From Azolla caroliniana (taxonomy: Eukaryota > Plantae > Polypodiophyta), in NCBI GenBank assembly GCA_043228905.1, contig JBHGNT010000010.1, positions 14,508,001 through 14,572,000 of the forward strand: 64,000 nt of DNA, written 5' to 3'. Below, in pieces: positions 23,534 to 35,900 of the stretch. A program made the position numbers and the translations under genes. The notes below the pieces were generated by a model that worked only from the letters and a program-made list of their open reading frames with translations, did no database searches and was not told the DNA's origin. Each line of letters begins with the position of its first letter. The first letter of the stretch is position 1.

Positions 23534-26205
23534 TTGGATTTATTAGGGCTGAACATAATAGCCTGATGTAACAACTTCCCCCTCTCCTTGAGCTATAAAA
23601 GGAGGGAGAGAAGTTTGGGAATCGAGGGACCTTTTGGGAGAACGAAGTGTTGCCGGTTTGAGTTCCGAGCTCTGTTGTTCCCTCTATTTTATGTTCTGTG
23701 CTATTTTCGGGAAGAAGGTGGAGTCCTCTGCTCGTGTAGGAAGCCTGTGAGCTCCAGACCAGAGGCCCGTCGTTATGTGTGTGTGTGCGTGTGAAGAGCT
23801 CGAAGCTCTGCTACTGTCCGCGACCGGTTGTACTCCCTCGGTGTTCTCTATTAATCACTAATTTACTGAGTCTCTGTGTGTGTTGTGCATTCCCGTGTCC
23901 TTATCTCTGTTTTGTTTCCGTTTGTGCGTGTATCTGAGTACACGAGCCCATGAGCTCTTCGCCATTATCCGACAACCAATTCGGAACAGTAATCGATTCT
24001 GAGCCCGCACGCTCACTGTTCGGCATCCCGACATCGATCCGGGTAGATACGTGTCCAAAATCTGTTCCGGACAACCTTCTTCTCACACCGGGTCCTCGGT
24101 CAGAGACCTTGGTGGTCTCGCCTCGTTCCAACAAAAGCCCGTGGATATCCGTGACATATATGGTGAACCCAACGTGAACAGGGGTGGCAATGGAGTTTGA
24201 AAATGAGGGGAAGTGAACTCGTTGAAGCAATGGTGGTGGCTGTCAACCGCCTGGTTAACGCTCATGAGAGCACCAATGGCCTCGACAAGGCCGTGAAAAC
24301 AGTAGTCGGCACGACAGGCCGATTCAATGGGAAGGACATCATGAACTACCTAGAGGGCTTCAAGGCTGAGATGCTGATGAGAGATGTCCCGGATGATAGA
24401 CGTTTGTCCACATTTTCCCGAGTAGTTATGTCGAGCAACCACGCAAAGGTGCTCGAGATACAGATTGATTGCAGATGTTGGCCGGAGTTCGAGGAAGGCT
24501 CCTTGAAAGATACGGTTTCGATGACTCGCTCCGGTTATTGAAGAGGGAGTTGATGGAGTGGGTCGATAGGCCTAGAAAGGGAAGGAACACATCAACACTC
24601 CTCCAGGAGTTTGAAAGATGATCGCACGACTCTCGACGCTGGACCGGACCATGCTCGACATGAGCAAGGTCCTATTGTTTATCAAGTCGGTCGATCCACT
24701 TGACCGAGAAAAGGTAGGTCTCCTATTGGAGATTGATGAAGGGCTCACGACCGATTGGGCCGTGGTAACAAGGGTTTGTAGCCGTTTCGACAAACGACGA
24801 GAATGGAACGATTCAGGGTCGTCGACGACCGGTCCAGGTGCCGGGAAGAAGCCGAAGGAACCGATTCAAGCGCAGACAGAAGAGACAAGACGGTGGCTCG
24901 AGTCGGATTCGGCTCCGGCCAACGTAGTTATTGGAGAGGCCGAGAGCGTAACCTTAGAGGAGCTAACGAAGATGGTTCAAGACCTCAAGATTGCCCAGGC
25001 TTGGAGGGAAGGTGGCGGCCAATCACGCAATCAACGCTCATTGATTGACCAGAGGTGCATGTGGTGCAACGACATCGGCCATATGCGGAGAGACTCCTCG
25101 ACTTCGCAGTACAACGTGGTGTACTTGTGGAACAGACAGGTGCATGAGAGCGAGACACGAAGGCCCCTCCACCTGAACATTGACAGGGGTGGTATGAAGA
25201 ATGAGATCCGGAGCGGTCAGAAGAAAAATGACAGAGGCCTTGTTGGCTCACAGGAGAAGACTAAGTTCTCGAGTTTCCGATTGCGCTTGGAAATCGAAAA
25301 GATGACTGACCTACGAAAGGTCCTCGAGTAGCGGATCCTTGACAGTTGAGTGGAACTCATGTTGCGGGAGGTGCTCGGGATAGCGAAGGAGTTTCACGAT
25401 GACATTGTTGATCTAGTGAAGAGGAAGAGGCGTCAACCGAGGCAGAGGCGGAAAGGCTGGTTGAGGTGAGGAAGACGTTGATCGATGAAGTGGCGGTAGA
25501 AGATGAATATGCTAAAAGCCACTACATGAAGCTGCACTAGGCGAGTGCTGCCACGGAGACGCCGGTTCGGATCAACGATGTTAAGGAGCCGGTGGTGGCA
25601 TTGATCGACCACGGCTTAGGGATAAATCTGATGTCGATGGATTTCTAGAAGAAGGGCCGGTGGCTGATCAACATGAACCACGAGTGGAAGATACGCGCGG
25701 CTACCCGAACCACAGAGGCGCTACACGGAGCGTGCCCAAATGTCTGAGTGAAGGTCGGGGATGTTGAGATCGACCAACACTTCTTCGTGCAAGAGACATC
25801 CTCCCATCCGATGATTCTCAGCGAACCTTACATTATGGAGGCTCGGATGGAGACCAAAGTGCTGGACAACGGTTCGACGTACGTGCACATAAAAAGCCAG
25901 GACGGCCGGCACTCCGTTCAGTTCTTGACGGTTCGACTGAATCACGAGAGGAATCAGGATTCTCTCGGCGGTGAAGCCCGAGAGGATTTTTAGAGAGGGC
26001 TATCAAGGCGTGGAGTCATGATAGTCCGGACATCTGGAAGAAAGCCCACACCTATACACTATTAAGTAGGAAGTTTTGGTTTTCTGGAAATGGAGGGAGT
26101 ACAACAATCGACATCGATGGCTGGGAGAAGAAGCAAGTCGAAACACTTTTTAAGGCGTGTAGAGCCTTGTACCCCGAAGACTCGATAGACGGAGCCGTGG
26201 AAGTG
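23534..26205 (+). mobile_element. Trp-primed Gypsy copy 2, partial: truncated LTR to 24156, PBS 24161-24177, gag-protease, start of pol
   Basis: GTGACA then TGGTGAACCCAACGTGA; CMWCNDIGH knuckle; ALIDHG protease; REDF-TAG at 25993; LTR resembles 54650-55159. Confidence 0.9.
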
Positions 26206-27562
26206 TGTTGAGCGAACAAGCTCAACTGGATCCAGATCGGCTGAATAAGCCAGGGCCGGATCGTATCCGGATCGGAGAGCGGGATCAGATTGTAACTGGT
26301 AAGCCGTAAGAGGCCTACGAATCTAGCCTAGTACGTAGGCATATTTTTGGGAGTCAATAATTTTGTTAGTCCTTTTAAGGACTTGTATAAAAGTGCTCAT
26401 TGAGCACACTGTATATACAGAGCATTATTATTCTGAATTGAGTTTATGCTATTTTGCTCTCTCTGTCTCTCTTGTGTACCGTGTATTCTTAAGCTTCCAT
26501 TAAACCTTCATTTCTGTTTCACTGTTGTTATCCGACTGAGCCGGTTTATCTAAGCTTCCGCATATTAACTTTTACATGGTATCAAAGCGCGAGGGTTGAG
26601 AATCTCTGATGCCGACAACTACTCGAATAAGACAAACCCTAATCACTGGTAAAGAACACAAGATAGGAGGAAGATATGGACAGAAGCATGGCGCGTGCGC
26701 TTTCAACAGAAAAGCTCCACCGGAGAAACTATGCGTCTTGGTCGTATAAAATGCATCAGTACCTATTGGGGCATGGATACTAGAGCTATGTGGATGGAGT
26801 GAATGTAGTAGCGCCAGATTCGGCACACAAGGACTTCCCGGTATAGAAGCAAGGAGCAAGTAGAGTGTTGTACTGACTCTTGTCCTGTGTGCACGACCAG
26901 ATGCTCGACTACATCAAGGATGCAAAAATGCCGAAAGAGGCCTGGGAAAATCTCTAGAAGTTGCAGCTCCGGCAGCTCAAAAGTATCTAACAACGGGACA
27001 TGTCCATCACCGACTACACCACCAAGATCAAGGAGATCTGCGACGTGCTTGGGTCCATCAACATGATGGTGAACGAGGACGAGATGGTTCATATCTACCT
27101 CGGTGGTCTAGCACACCGGTACGGGCCAATTTGCACCCTGGAGAAGCCACCGTCCTTCTTCGATTTGCAATCGATGCTCATGGTCAAAGAAAATCACGCG
27201 AGTGGGTGAAGGACCACTAAATCGGACAACTGGATGCTATACATGGAGGCAGATCGGCCCCGTGGGCGTGGGGGACAAGGTGGGTCAGCACGCAATGCAA
27301 GCGTTCATCAAGAGTAGAATTGAAGGCACAAAGATAGTGCCGACCGTAGTTCTGGACCCTCCACGAGAAGGGGGAGTCAAAGAGGTGCCGGAAACCGGCA
27401 CTAAAAGACTGGAATAGAATGCTAGTATTGTGGTAAGAAGGGCCACCGGGAAAGCGAGTGCTAGAAGAGGCACCGATTCGGATAAATCCCGATCCAGCAA
27501 GGCTGGACAAGGGAACCGACAAAACTCGCACTACATAGAAGGATCTTGTAAAAGTGAATATG
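26206..27562 (+). mobile_element. Copia family A 5' part: LTR 26206-26576, PBS 26577-26588, decayed gag
   Basis: TGTTGAGC...TTTTACA then TGGTATCAAAGC; gag SITDYTTKIKEICDVLGSI. Confidence 0.9.
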
Positions 27563-28372
27563 TGTCATGGACACACCACCCGCGGACTATGACGGAGCAT
27601 AGATGACGAGGCTAAGAATGTGGAATAGGAAGTGACAAGTCTAGGAACTCTTGAAGTTGTGCAAGATGAGACTATAAACTTAGGAAGCTATGGAGAGTGT
27701 GAAGACAAAGATGAAGATCAAGGAGACAAGATTAGGCGAAACGAGAATACTGTATTGATGTGTCAATCATTGGTGTTGAATATTGTGAGTCAAAGTACAT
27801 GCATTAGAATATTCAAGAGAATATTCTTGATTCGTCTAGAACCTTCTCGTTCGAGAACTTTCTAAAAACTCCTAGAACTTGAAATAGATAATCTACTGAG
27901 ATATATATAACATCAACATGTATTTGGATGTATTGGTTAGAACATAACACTTGATTATGACACAAGTGGTCAAGAGTTCAAATCTTGACATGATTGTTGT
28001 CATGTTCGTGACATTATCCTCCCCTTTGCGGCCGTCTTTTTAGAAGCATGGTGTCATGTTCGTGACATTATCCTCCCCTTTGCGGCCGCCTTTTCGGAAG
28101 CATGGTGTCATGTTGGTGACATTATCCTCCCCTTTGCAGCCGCCTTTTCGGAAGTATGGTGTCATGTCCGTGACATTATCCTCCCCTTTGCGACCGCCTT
28201 TTTGGAAGCAATGGTGTAGAGGTGAGCTGAAAGAGAAAACCGGAGTAGGTTGAGGAGTGAGTGATCACGAGCAGTCTTCACTGGAGACTGGAACATCAAT
28301 AGACGTGGGCAACCATGTATGGTCCTCATCGGGAACTAGAACACCAACGGGCGTGAGCAACCATGTACGGTT
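27563..28372 (-). mobile_element. 3' end of a non-coding Gypsy-type LTR element: LTR 27563-28013, amplified PPT, internal repeat
   Basis: TGTCA...TGACA termini; 27563-27615 matches the reverse complement of 53815-53867; 28270-28372 matches the reverse complement of the 54-bp unit at 53990-54515. Confidence 0.75.
27998..28214 (-). repeat. 54-bp tandem repeat x4 containing PPT plus first 16 bp of LTR
   Basis: Units start at 27998, 28052, 28106, 28160; minus strand AAAGGGGAGGATAA|TGTCACGAACATGACA. Confidence 0.9.
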
Positions 28373-31300
28373 TGTTAGGAAACAAATCCCTCCGGATGGG
28401 AAGTGAGAAGAACCGTGTTGATGAGCACGGAAGGCTAAACTTGTAAATAGTCAAAATGTTACAAGTACTTAGGGAAATCATGTTAGATAAGTGTGTGTAG
28501 TATTGTAAAGTTACTGTTGTCGAGGTCGTGGCCTCTGAAACAGTGAGAGTGAACAAGTGTGAGTGGAAGTGAGTGAGCTCCATAGCCGCCTGTTGGCAAA
28601 GCAAGATCTGGAGGTCGTTGCCTCTGAGATCTCTAATTGTATTCCTTTCTCTCATAGTGTTCTGTTTCAGAGTTTGTGGACTCCACGTGGTTTTTTCCCA
28701 GTTCGGGTTTCCACGTTAAAATCTGTGTCATTCTTAGTTTTTGTATTCTGTTTTTCCTTTCCATTAGATTGACCATTATTCCGCACACGTACAACCGGTT
28801 GTGGCCGGCAACGATTTTAACTTAAATTGGTATTAGAGCGAAGCGACACAAAAAAATGGACGATTCGTTGGGAGGCATGTTGAAGCTCAAAGGCTGCAAC
28901 TATTCGGTGTGGAAGTTGAAGATGAGGGACATGCTCGTGGTTAAAGATCTTTGGTTGCCGGTTCAGTTCGGGGACAAGAGTTCGGACAAAATCGATGCCA
29001 CGATATGGGAGGTGATGCACATGACGACAACGGCGTACCTACGGTGCTTCATCGACATGAGTCTATACAACAACTTCAATGAAGAGAGCAAGGCTCATGA
29101 GCTCTGGGAGAAGATCGACATTATGTTTCAGAGCAAAAATGTTGGTAATCAGGTTTCGGTATTTCGGAAGCTAGTAAGACTCCGATACCAAGATGGCTCC
29201 AGCATGGCGGAGCACATGAATGCCTTCCAGGGGTTGATACACCAGGCAACATCATTAGAAGAACCTCTCGCCGATGAGGTACTAGCACTACTCTTGCTCG
29301 GTTCTCTCCTAGATAGCTGGGAGACGTTGGTTGTCACTTTGGGAAACGCCGGGCCGGAAGGGAAACGGTTATCCCTAGCAAGAGTGAAGTCGAGCTTGCT
29401 GGATGAGGAGGCGCAACGGAAAGATAAGGATACGAGCTCCGACTCCAAAGTGCTCCTTACCGAATCGGAACGCGGAAGACAAAGGAACCGTAGTCCCCAG
29501 AACTGGGAAAAGTCGGGGACACGGTCAAAGTCAAGGGGGAGGCCTACTTGTTTCTATTGTGGCAAGCCAGGGCACTTCTAGAAGAACTGTCCGCACTTCC
29601 GAAAAGCCAAGGAAACCGATAGTACCGATTCGAAGCCGACACGGGACAGGAACGGTAAAGACCGGAGGGGGCCGGACCGAAAGGGAATGACGACAATCGT
29701 GGCAAGTGAGGAAGAGTTGATGCTCATCATCGAGGAGAGTGAGTTGAACCTTGCTAGCGACGAGACTACGTGGGTTGTCGATTCCGGAGCGTCGTTCCAC
29801 CTTACCCCCGACCGGAAATGCTTCTCATCCTACACAGCCGGTGATCACGGCTGTGTCCGGATGGGGAATGAAGGTACATACCGAATTGTCAGCATAGGAG
29901 ATGTGTGGTTGACAACACCAACCGGATGCACGCAGCTGCTAAAGGATGTCCGACACGTTCCGGAGGTTCTATTGAACCTGATATCAGCCGGTCGGCTAGA
30001 TGATGAAGGCTACACGGGTAGCATCCGGAACAGAGTCATGAAATTCAGCAAAGGGAACCTGATAGTGGCTCAGGCCTGGAAGGTCAACACGTTCTACCTG
30101 ATGAATGCCCAGTTATGCCCGGAAGAAGTGAACATGGCTTCCGACACTGCCGGTGAGTTGTGGCACAAGAGACTGTGTCACATGAGCGTGAAGGGGATGA
30201 AGAGGCTTGCCGATGACAACCTCATTCCAGTGAAGAATGTGCATCTTGAGAGGTGCACCGACTGGCTAGCCGGTAAACAAAACCGGACCTCCTTCCGATC
30301 GAGGCCACCGATGAGACGTAATGTACCACTGGAGCTGGTACATACTGATGTGTGTCATGTGGACACGAAGTCACATGCCGGATCGCAGTACTTCATGACG
30401 TTCATAGATGACCACAGCCGGAAGCTGTGGGCCACACCGTTGAAGACGAAGGATCAAGTGCTATCCGTCTTCAAAGAGCTCCATGCGAGAGTGGAAAGAG
30501 AAACCGGCCGGAAGCCGAAGGCGGTTTGAGCAGATAACGGAGGAGAATACTGGGGGTAGTTCAAGGAGTACTGTCGCTCGATGGGAATCTGGCTCGAATT
30601 TACCGTGCCGAAGATGCCGGAACTAAACGGGCTGGCCGAGAGGATGAATCAGACCATAATGGAGAGGGTTCGGAGTATGCTGGCACATCCAAAATTACCC
30701 AAGAAGTTTTGGGTTGAGGCACTGTCGACTGCGACATATGTGATAAACAGATCAACCTTAGTACCCTTGGACGGAGACACGCCACAGAGAGTCTGGACTG
30801 GTAAGGAAGTGTCCTACCGGCATCTGATGGTATTCGGGTGTCTTGCGTACGTGCATGTAGCTAAGGACAGGAGAGGAAAGCTAGATCCGAAGAACCGGCC
30901 ATGCATATTCCTCGGTTACGGAGATGATGAGTTCGGCTACCGAGTATGGGACCTAGTCGACTAGAAAGTATTCCGGAGTCGAGATATTATCTTCATGGAG
31001 GACAAGACGCTCGCCGACTGGGAGTCGGAGAAGAAGATAATGAACTCCGAGTCGACCAGTAAGGAAAAATTTCGATTTGATGGAATGCAGTTCCAACCGG
31101 CAAGAGACCGGTTAGCACTCGATGAACCGGCCGGTGACGGCGAGGAGACAAAACCGGCTGATTAAGAAGGAATAGGTGAAACCGAAACCAGACAAGACCC
31201 TGAATCAGATTCGGATGAAGAGCAAAACCTCGAATCGGATTCGGGTGAAGAGCAAATGGAGGAGCCGGTTACCGAAGCCCAAGGACGTAGATATCCTCTC

Positions 31301-32933
31301 AGAGAGAGAAGGCCCCCCTGGAGACTTCCGGATCCAGAGCACGTGTTGCTAACCGATGAGGGGGAGCTAGAAAGCTTCGAGGAAGCTAAAAGTAACGCCC
31401 ATAGCCGCAAATGGTTAAGTGCCATGTAGGATGAGATGAATTCCCTGCATGAGAACCATATGTACGAGTTGGTGGAGTTGGCGAAGGGAAAGCGGGCACT
31501 CCGAAACAAGTGGGTGTACAAGTTGAAACCGGGAGATGCCGGAAACCCCCCGAGATACAAAGCCAGGATCGTGGTGAAGGGGTTCCAGCAGAAGAAGGGC
31601 GTGGACTTTGATGAGATATTTGCCCCAGTAGTAGAGATGACTTCCATCGGGACGGTGCTGAGTATAGCAGCAAGCATGGACCTCGAGGTAGAGCAGTTGG
31701 GCGTGAAGACAACATTCCTTCACGGTGACCTCGAAGAGGAGATCTACATGCAGCAACCGGAAGGATTCGTGGAGAAAGGGAAGGAGCACCTGGTTTGCCG
31801 GTTGAAGAAGAGCCTGTACGGACTGAAGCAGGCTCCCCGACAATGGTACCGGAAGTTGGACTCCTTCATGACTGACCAAGGGTATCACAAAACGTAAACC
31901 GATCACTGTGTGTTTGTGAAGAAGTTCGAAGGAGGTGACTTCCTGATACTCCTTCTATACGTGGACGACATGTTGATCGTCGAACGGGACCAAGCCAAAA
32001 TACGGATGTTGAAGAAGGCTCTCAACCGAACTTTCTAAGGAAAAGATTTGGGCCCGGCAAGACAGATACTGGGGATGCACATCATCCGGGACCGGTCAAA
32101 GAAGCAATTGTGGTTGTCACAGGAGAAATACGTGACAAAGGTGCTTGAGCGGTTCAACATGTTATAAGCGAAACCGGTCAGATCGACACTCCCGGCAAAC
32201 TGTAGATTATCCGGTAAGCAAAGCCCGAAGACGAAAGCAAAGAAAGTGGATATGATGAAGGTGCCATATGCGTCTATCGTCGGGAGCTTAATGTACGCAA
32301 TGGTGTGTACTCGACCGGATATTGGATACGTAGTCGGAATGGTTAGCCGGCTTATGAGCAATCCCGGCAAGGAGCAGTGGAACGCGGTCCAATGGATACT
32401 CTGGTACTTGAAAGGCACTTCAAATATGTGTCTCCGATTTGACTCTGGTAAACCTCAACTTGATGGTTTTACTGATTCGGATATGTCGTCTGATGTGGAT
32501 ACCAGCCGGTCTACATCCGGGTATGTAATGACATATGCAGGGGGAGTTGTTTTGTGGCAATCGAGGCTGCAGAAGATGGTTGCGTTGTCAAGCACGGAGG
32601 CGGAGTACATGGAGGCTGTTGACGCCGACAAGGAAATATTATGGATGAAGGACTTCATCGAAGAGCTAGGTATCCGACAAGATGAAGACCGGCTCTATTG
32701 CAACAGTCAAAGTGCTATCCACTTTGCTAAGAACGTAGTGTACCATTCCAAGACGAAGCACATCTAGCGTAGGTATCACTGGATCCGGGAGCGAGTAGAA
32801 GATCGAGAGTTCGCGCTGACGAAGATCCACACGTCCGAGAATGGGTTAGATATGCTGACCAAAGTACTGATACTCGACAAGCTGGATGCATGTCGGAAGT
32901 GGATCGGACTAGTAAGACATCCAATGCCAGAGT
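28373..32933 (+). mobile_element. Copia family B (Tnt1/Tork-like): 5' LTR 28373-~28825, PBS 28828-28839, gag-pol 28856-32933 with stops; 3' end displaced
   Basis: TGGTATTAGAGC; CFYCGKPGH; WVVDSGASFH; LWHKRL; HTDVC; [13 protein letters not shown]; FTDSD. Confidence 0.95.
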
Positions 32934-35900
32934 TGACAGGAACTACACGCTCCCGATGAACAACGCTCGGCCACAACCGAGCCTAGAATAAAACACAACA
33001 TGATAGAGAGAAGAGTACACAGGATGTTTACGTGGAATACCCAAATCGGGAAAAACCACGGCAACCCACAGACCACAAACTATCACTATGTCAGAATGTA
33101 CAATAAGAAAGCACCGAGGCCACGACCTCGAGCTTGCTTTCTTCGCCACAGGCGGCAGTTACAATTAGAGGCAACGACCTCTTCCTCTCTCTCACTCTCT
33201 TTGTACACAGTTGCACGTTCTAATCTTGCGCCAACAAGAAATGACAACAACTACTCTCTGGTTGCCCTAAGTCATATTTATACTAATATGACGTTTCAGC
33301 TATTTACAAATATAGCCCCGATGGTCTCTCATAAACATATTTACAAATATGTCCCTTCATCCGGTGAGCACTTCTCACCGGGCCTTCATCATCCGGCTCT
33401 TGCCGGGTACTCCTCATCCGGTTCTCACCGGGTCCTCTGTAGCCGGGTACACCACATCCAGTTCTCACCGGGTCTTCACCATCTGGCTCTTGCCGGGTAC
33501 TCCTCATCCGGTTCTCACCGGGTCTTCCGTTGCCGGATACTTGTCATCCGGTTCTCACTGGGTCTTCCGTAGCCGGGTCTTCCACATCCGGTTTTGGCCT
33601 CGGCCGAGTTTGCTCATCAGTACAGTTCTTCTCACTTCCCATATGGAGGGACCTGTTTCCTAACAAACTCCCCCTTCACTCCGGCATGGGATGTCTTACT
33701 AGTCCGACCCACTTCCGACATGCATCCAGCTTGTGAGGTGTCAATACTTTGGTGAGCATATCTGACCCGTTCTCGGCCGTGTGGATCTTCGTCAGCGCGA
33801 ACTCCTGGTCATCTACTCTTTCCCGGATCCAGTGATACCTTCACTGGATATGCTTCGTCCGGGAATGGTAGGCCGCATTCTTAGCAAGGTGGATGGCACT
33901 TTGACTATCGCAATAGAGCCGGTATTCATCTTGCCGGATACCGAGCTCTCCGATGAAGTCCTTCATCCACAATATTTCCTTGCCGGCTTCCACAACCGCC
34001 ATGTACTCTGCCTCCATGGTTGACAACGCAACCGTCTTTTGTAGCCTCGACTGCCACGAAACAGCTCCCCCTGCATATGTCATTACATACCCGGATTTAG
34101 ACCGGCTGGTATCCACATCAGCCGACATGTCCGAATCGGTAAAACCGTCAAGTTGAGGGTTTCCGGAGCCGAATCAGAGACACATATTTGCAGTGCCCAT
34201 CAAGTACTAGAGTATCCATTTGACCGCGTTCCACTGCTCCTTGCCGGGATTGCTCATAAGCCGGCTAACCACTCCGACTACGTAGCCTATATCCGGTCAG
34301 GTACACACCATTGCGTACATCAAGCTCGCGACGGCAGAGGCATATGGAACCTTCATCATATCAGCCTTCTCTACTTTCGTCTTTGGGCTTTGCTTACCGG
34401 ATAATCTGCAGTTTTCCGGGAGTGTCGATTCGACTGGTTTTGCTTCTAACATGTTGAACCGCTGAAGCACCTTTGTCACGTATTTCTCCTGTGACAACCA
34501 CAGTTGCTTCATTGGCCGGTTCCGGATGATATGCATCCCCAACATCTGTCTTGCCGGACCCAAGTCTTTCATTGAGAAGGTCCGGTTGAGAGCCTTCTTC
34601 AGCATCCGTATTTTGGCTTGGTCCCGTCCGACGATCAACATGTCGTCCACGTATAGAAGGAGTATCAGGAAGTCACCTCCTTCGAACTTCTTCACAAACA
34701 CGCAGTGATCGGCCTGCGTCTTGTGGTACCCTTGATCGGTCATGAAGGAGTCGAACTTCCGGTACCATTGTCAGGGAGCGTGCTTCAGTCTGTACAGGCT
34801 CTTCTTCAACCGGCAGACCAGGTGCTCCTTCCCTTTCTCCACGAATCCTTCCGGTTGCTGCATGTAGATCTCCTCTTCGAGGTCACTGTGAAGGAATGTC
34901 GTCTTCACGCCCAACTGCTCTACCTCGAGGTCCATGCTTGCCGCTATACTCAGCACTGTCCGGATGGAAGTCATCTTTACTACCGGGGCAAATATCTCGT
35001 CGAAGTCCACGCCCTTCTTCTGCTGGAACCCCTTCACCACGATCCTGACTTTGTATCTCGGGGGATTGCCGGCATCTCTCGGTTTCAACTTGTACACCCA
35101 CTTATTTTGGAGTGCCCGCTTTCCTTTCGGCAGCTCCACCAAATCATACGTGTGGTTCTCATGCAAGGAATCCATCTCATCCTGCATGGCACTCAACCAC
35201 TTGTGGTTGTTGGTGTCATCCTTCGCTTCTTCGAAGCTTTCCGGCTCTCCCTCATCGGTCAGCAGCACATGCTCTGCATCCGGAAATCTTCGAGGGGCCC
35301 TTCTCTCTCTAAGAGGATATCTCCGTCTTTGGCCTTTGGCAACCGGCTCCTCTATTTGTTCTTCATCCAAATCCGATTCGGGGTCTTGGCCGGTTCCAGT
35401 TTCACCTATTCCTTCTTCTTCGGCCTGTCTTGTCTCCTTACCGTCATCGGCCGGTTCATCGAGTGCTAACCGGTCTCTTGCCGGTTGGGTCTGCTCATCG
35501 TAGAATCGATCCTTAACGGTCGACTCGGAGTTGATTATATTCTTCTCCGACTCCTAGTCGGCGAGCATCTTGTGCTACATGAAGATAATATCTCGACTCC
35601 GGAATACCTTCTTGTCAGCCAGGTCTCACACTCGGTAGCCGAACTCATCGTCGCCGTAACCGAGGAATATGCATGGCCGGGTCTTTGGATCCAACTTTCC
35701 TCTCCGGTCCTTAGCAACATGTACGCACGCAAGACACCCGAATACTTTCAGATGCTGGTAGGACACTTCCTTACCGGTCCAGACTCTCTGTGGCGTGTCT
35801 CCGTCCAAGGGTATTCAGGGTGATCTGTTTATCACATATGTCGCCGTTGACAGTGCCTCAGCCCAAAACTTCTTGGGTAGTTTTGCATGCGCCAGCATAC

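Noticed and set aside
34705-35503. Long antisense ORFs over retroelement pol (also 31162-31906, 55726-56527, 60772-62319)
   Set aside because: Shadow ORFs of GC-rich coding sequence with no recognisable motifs
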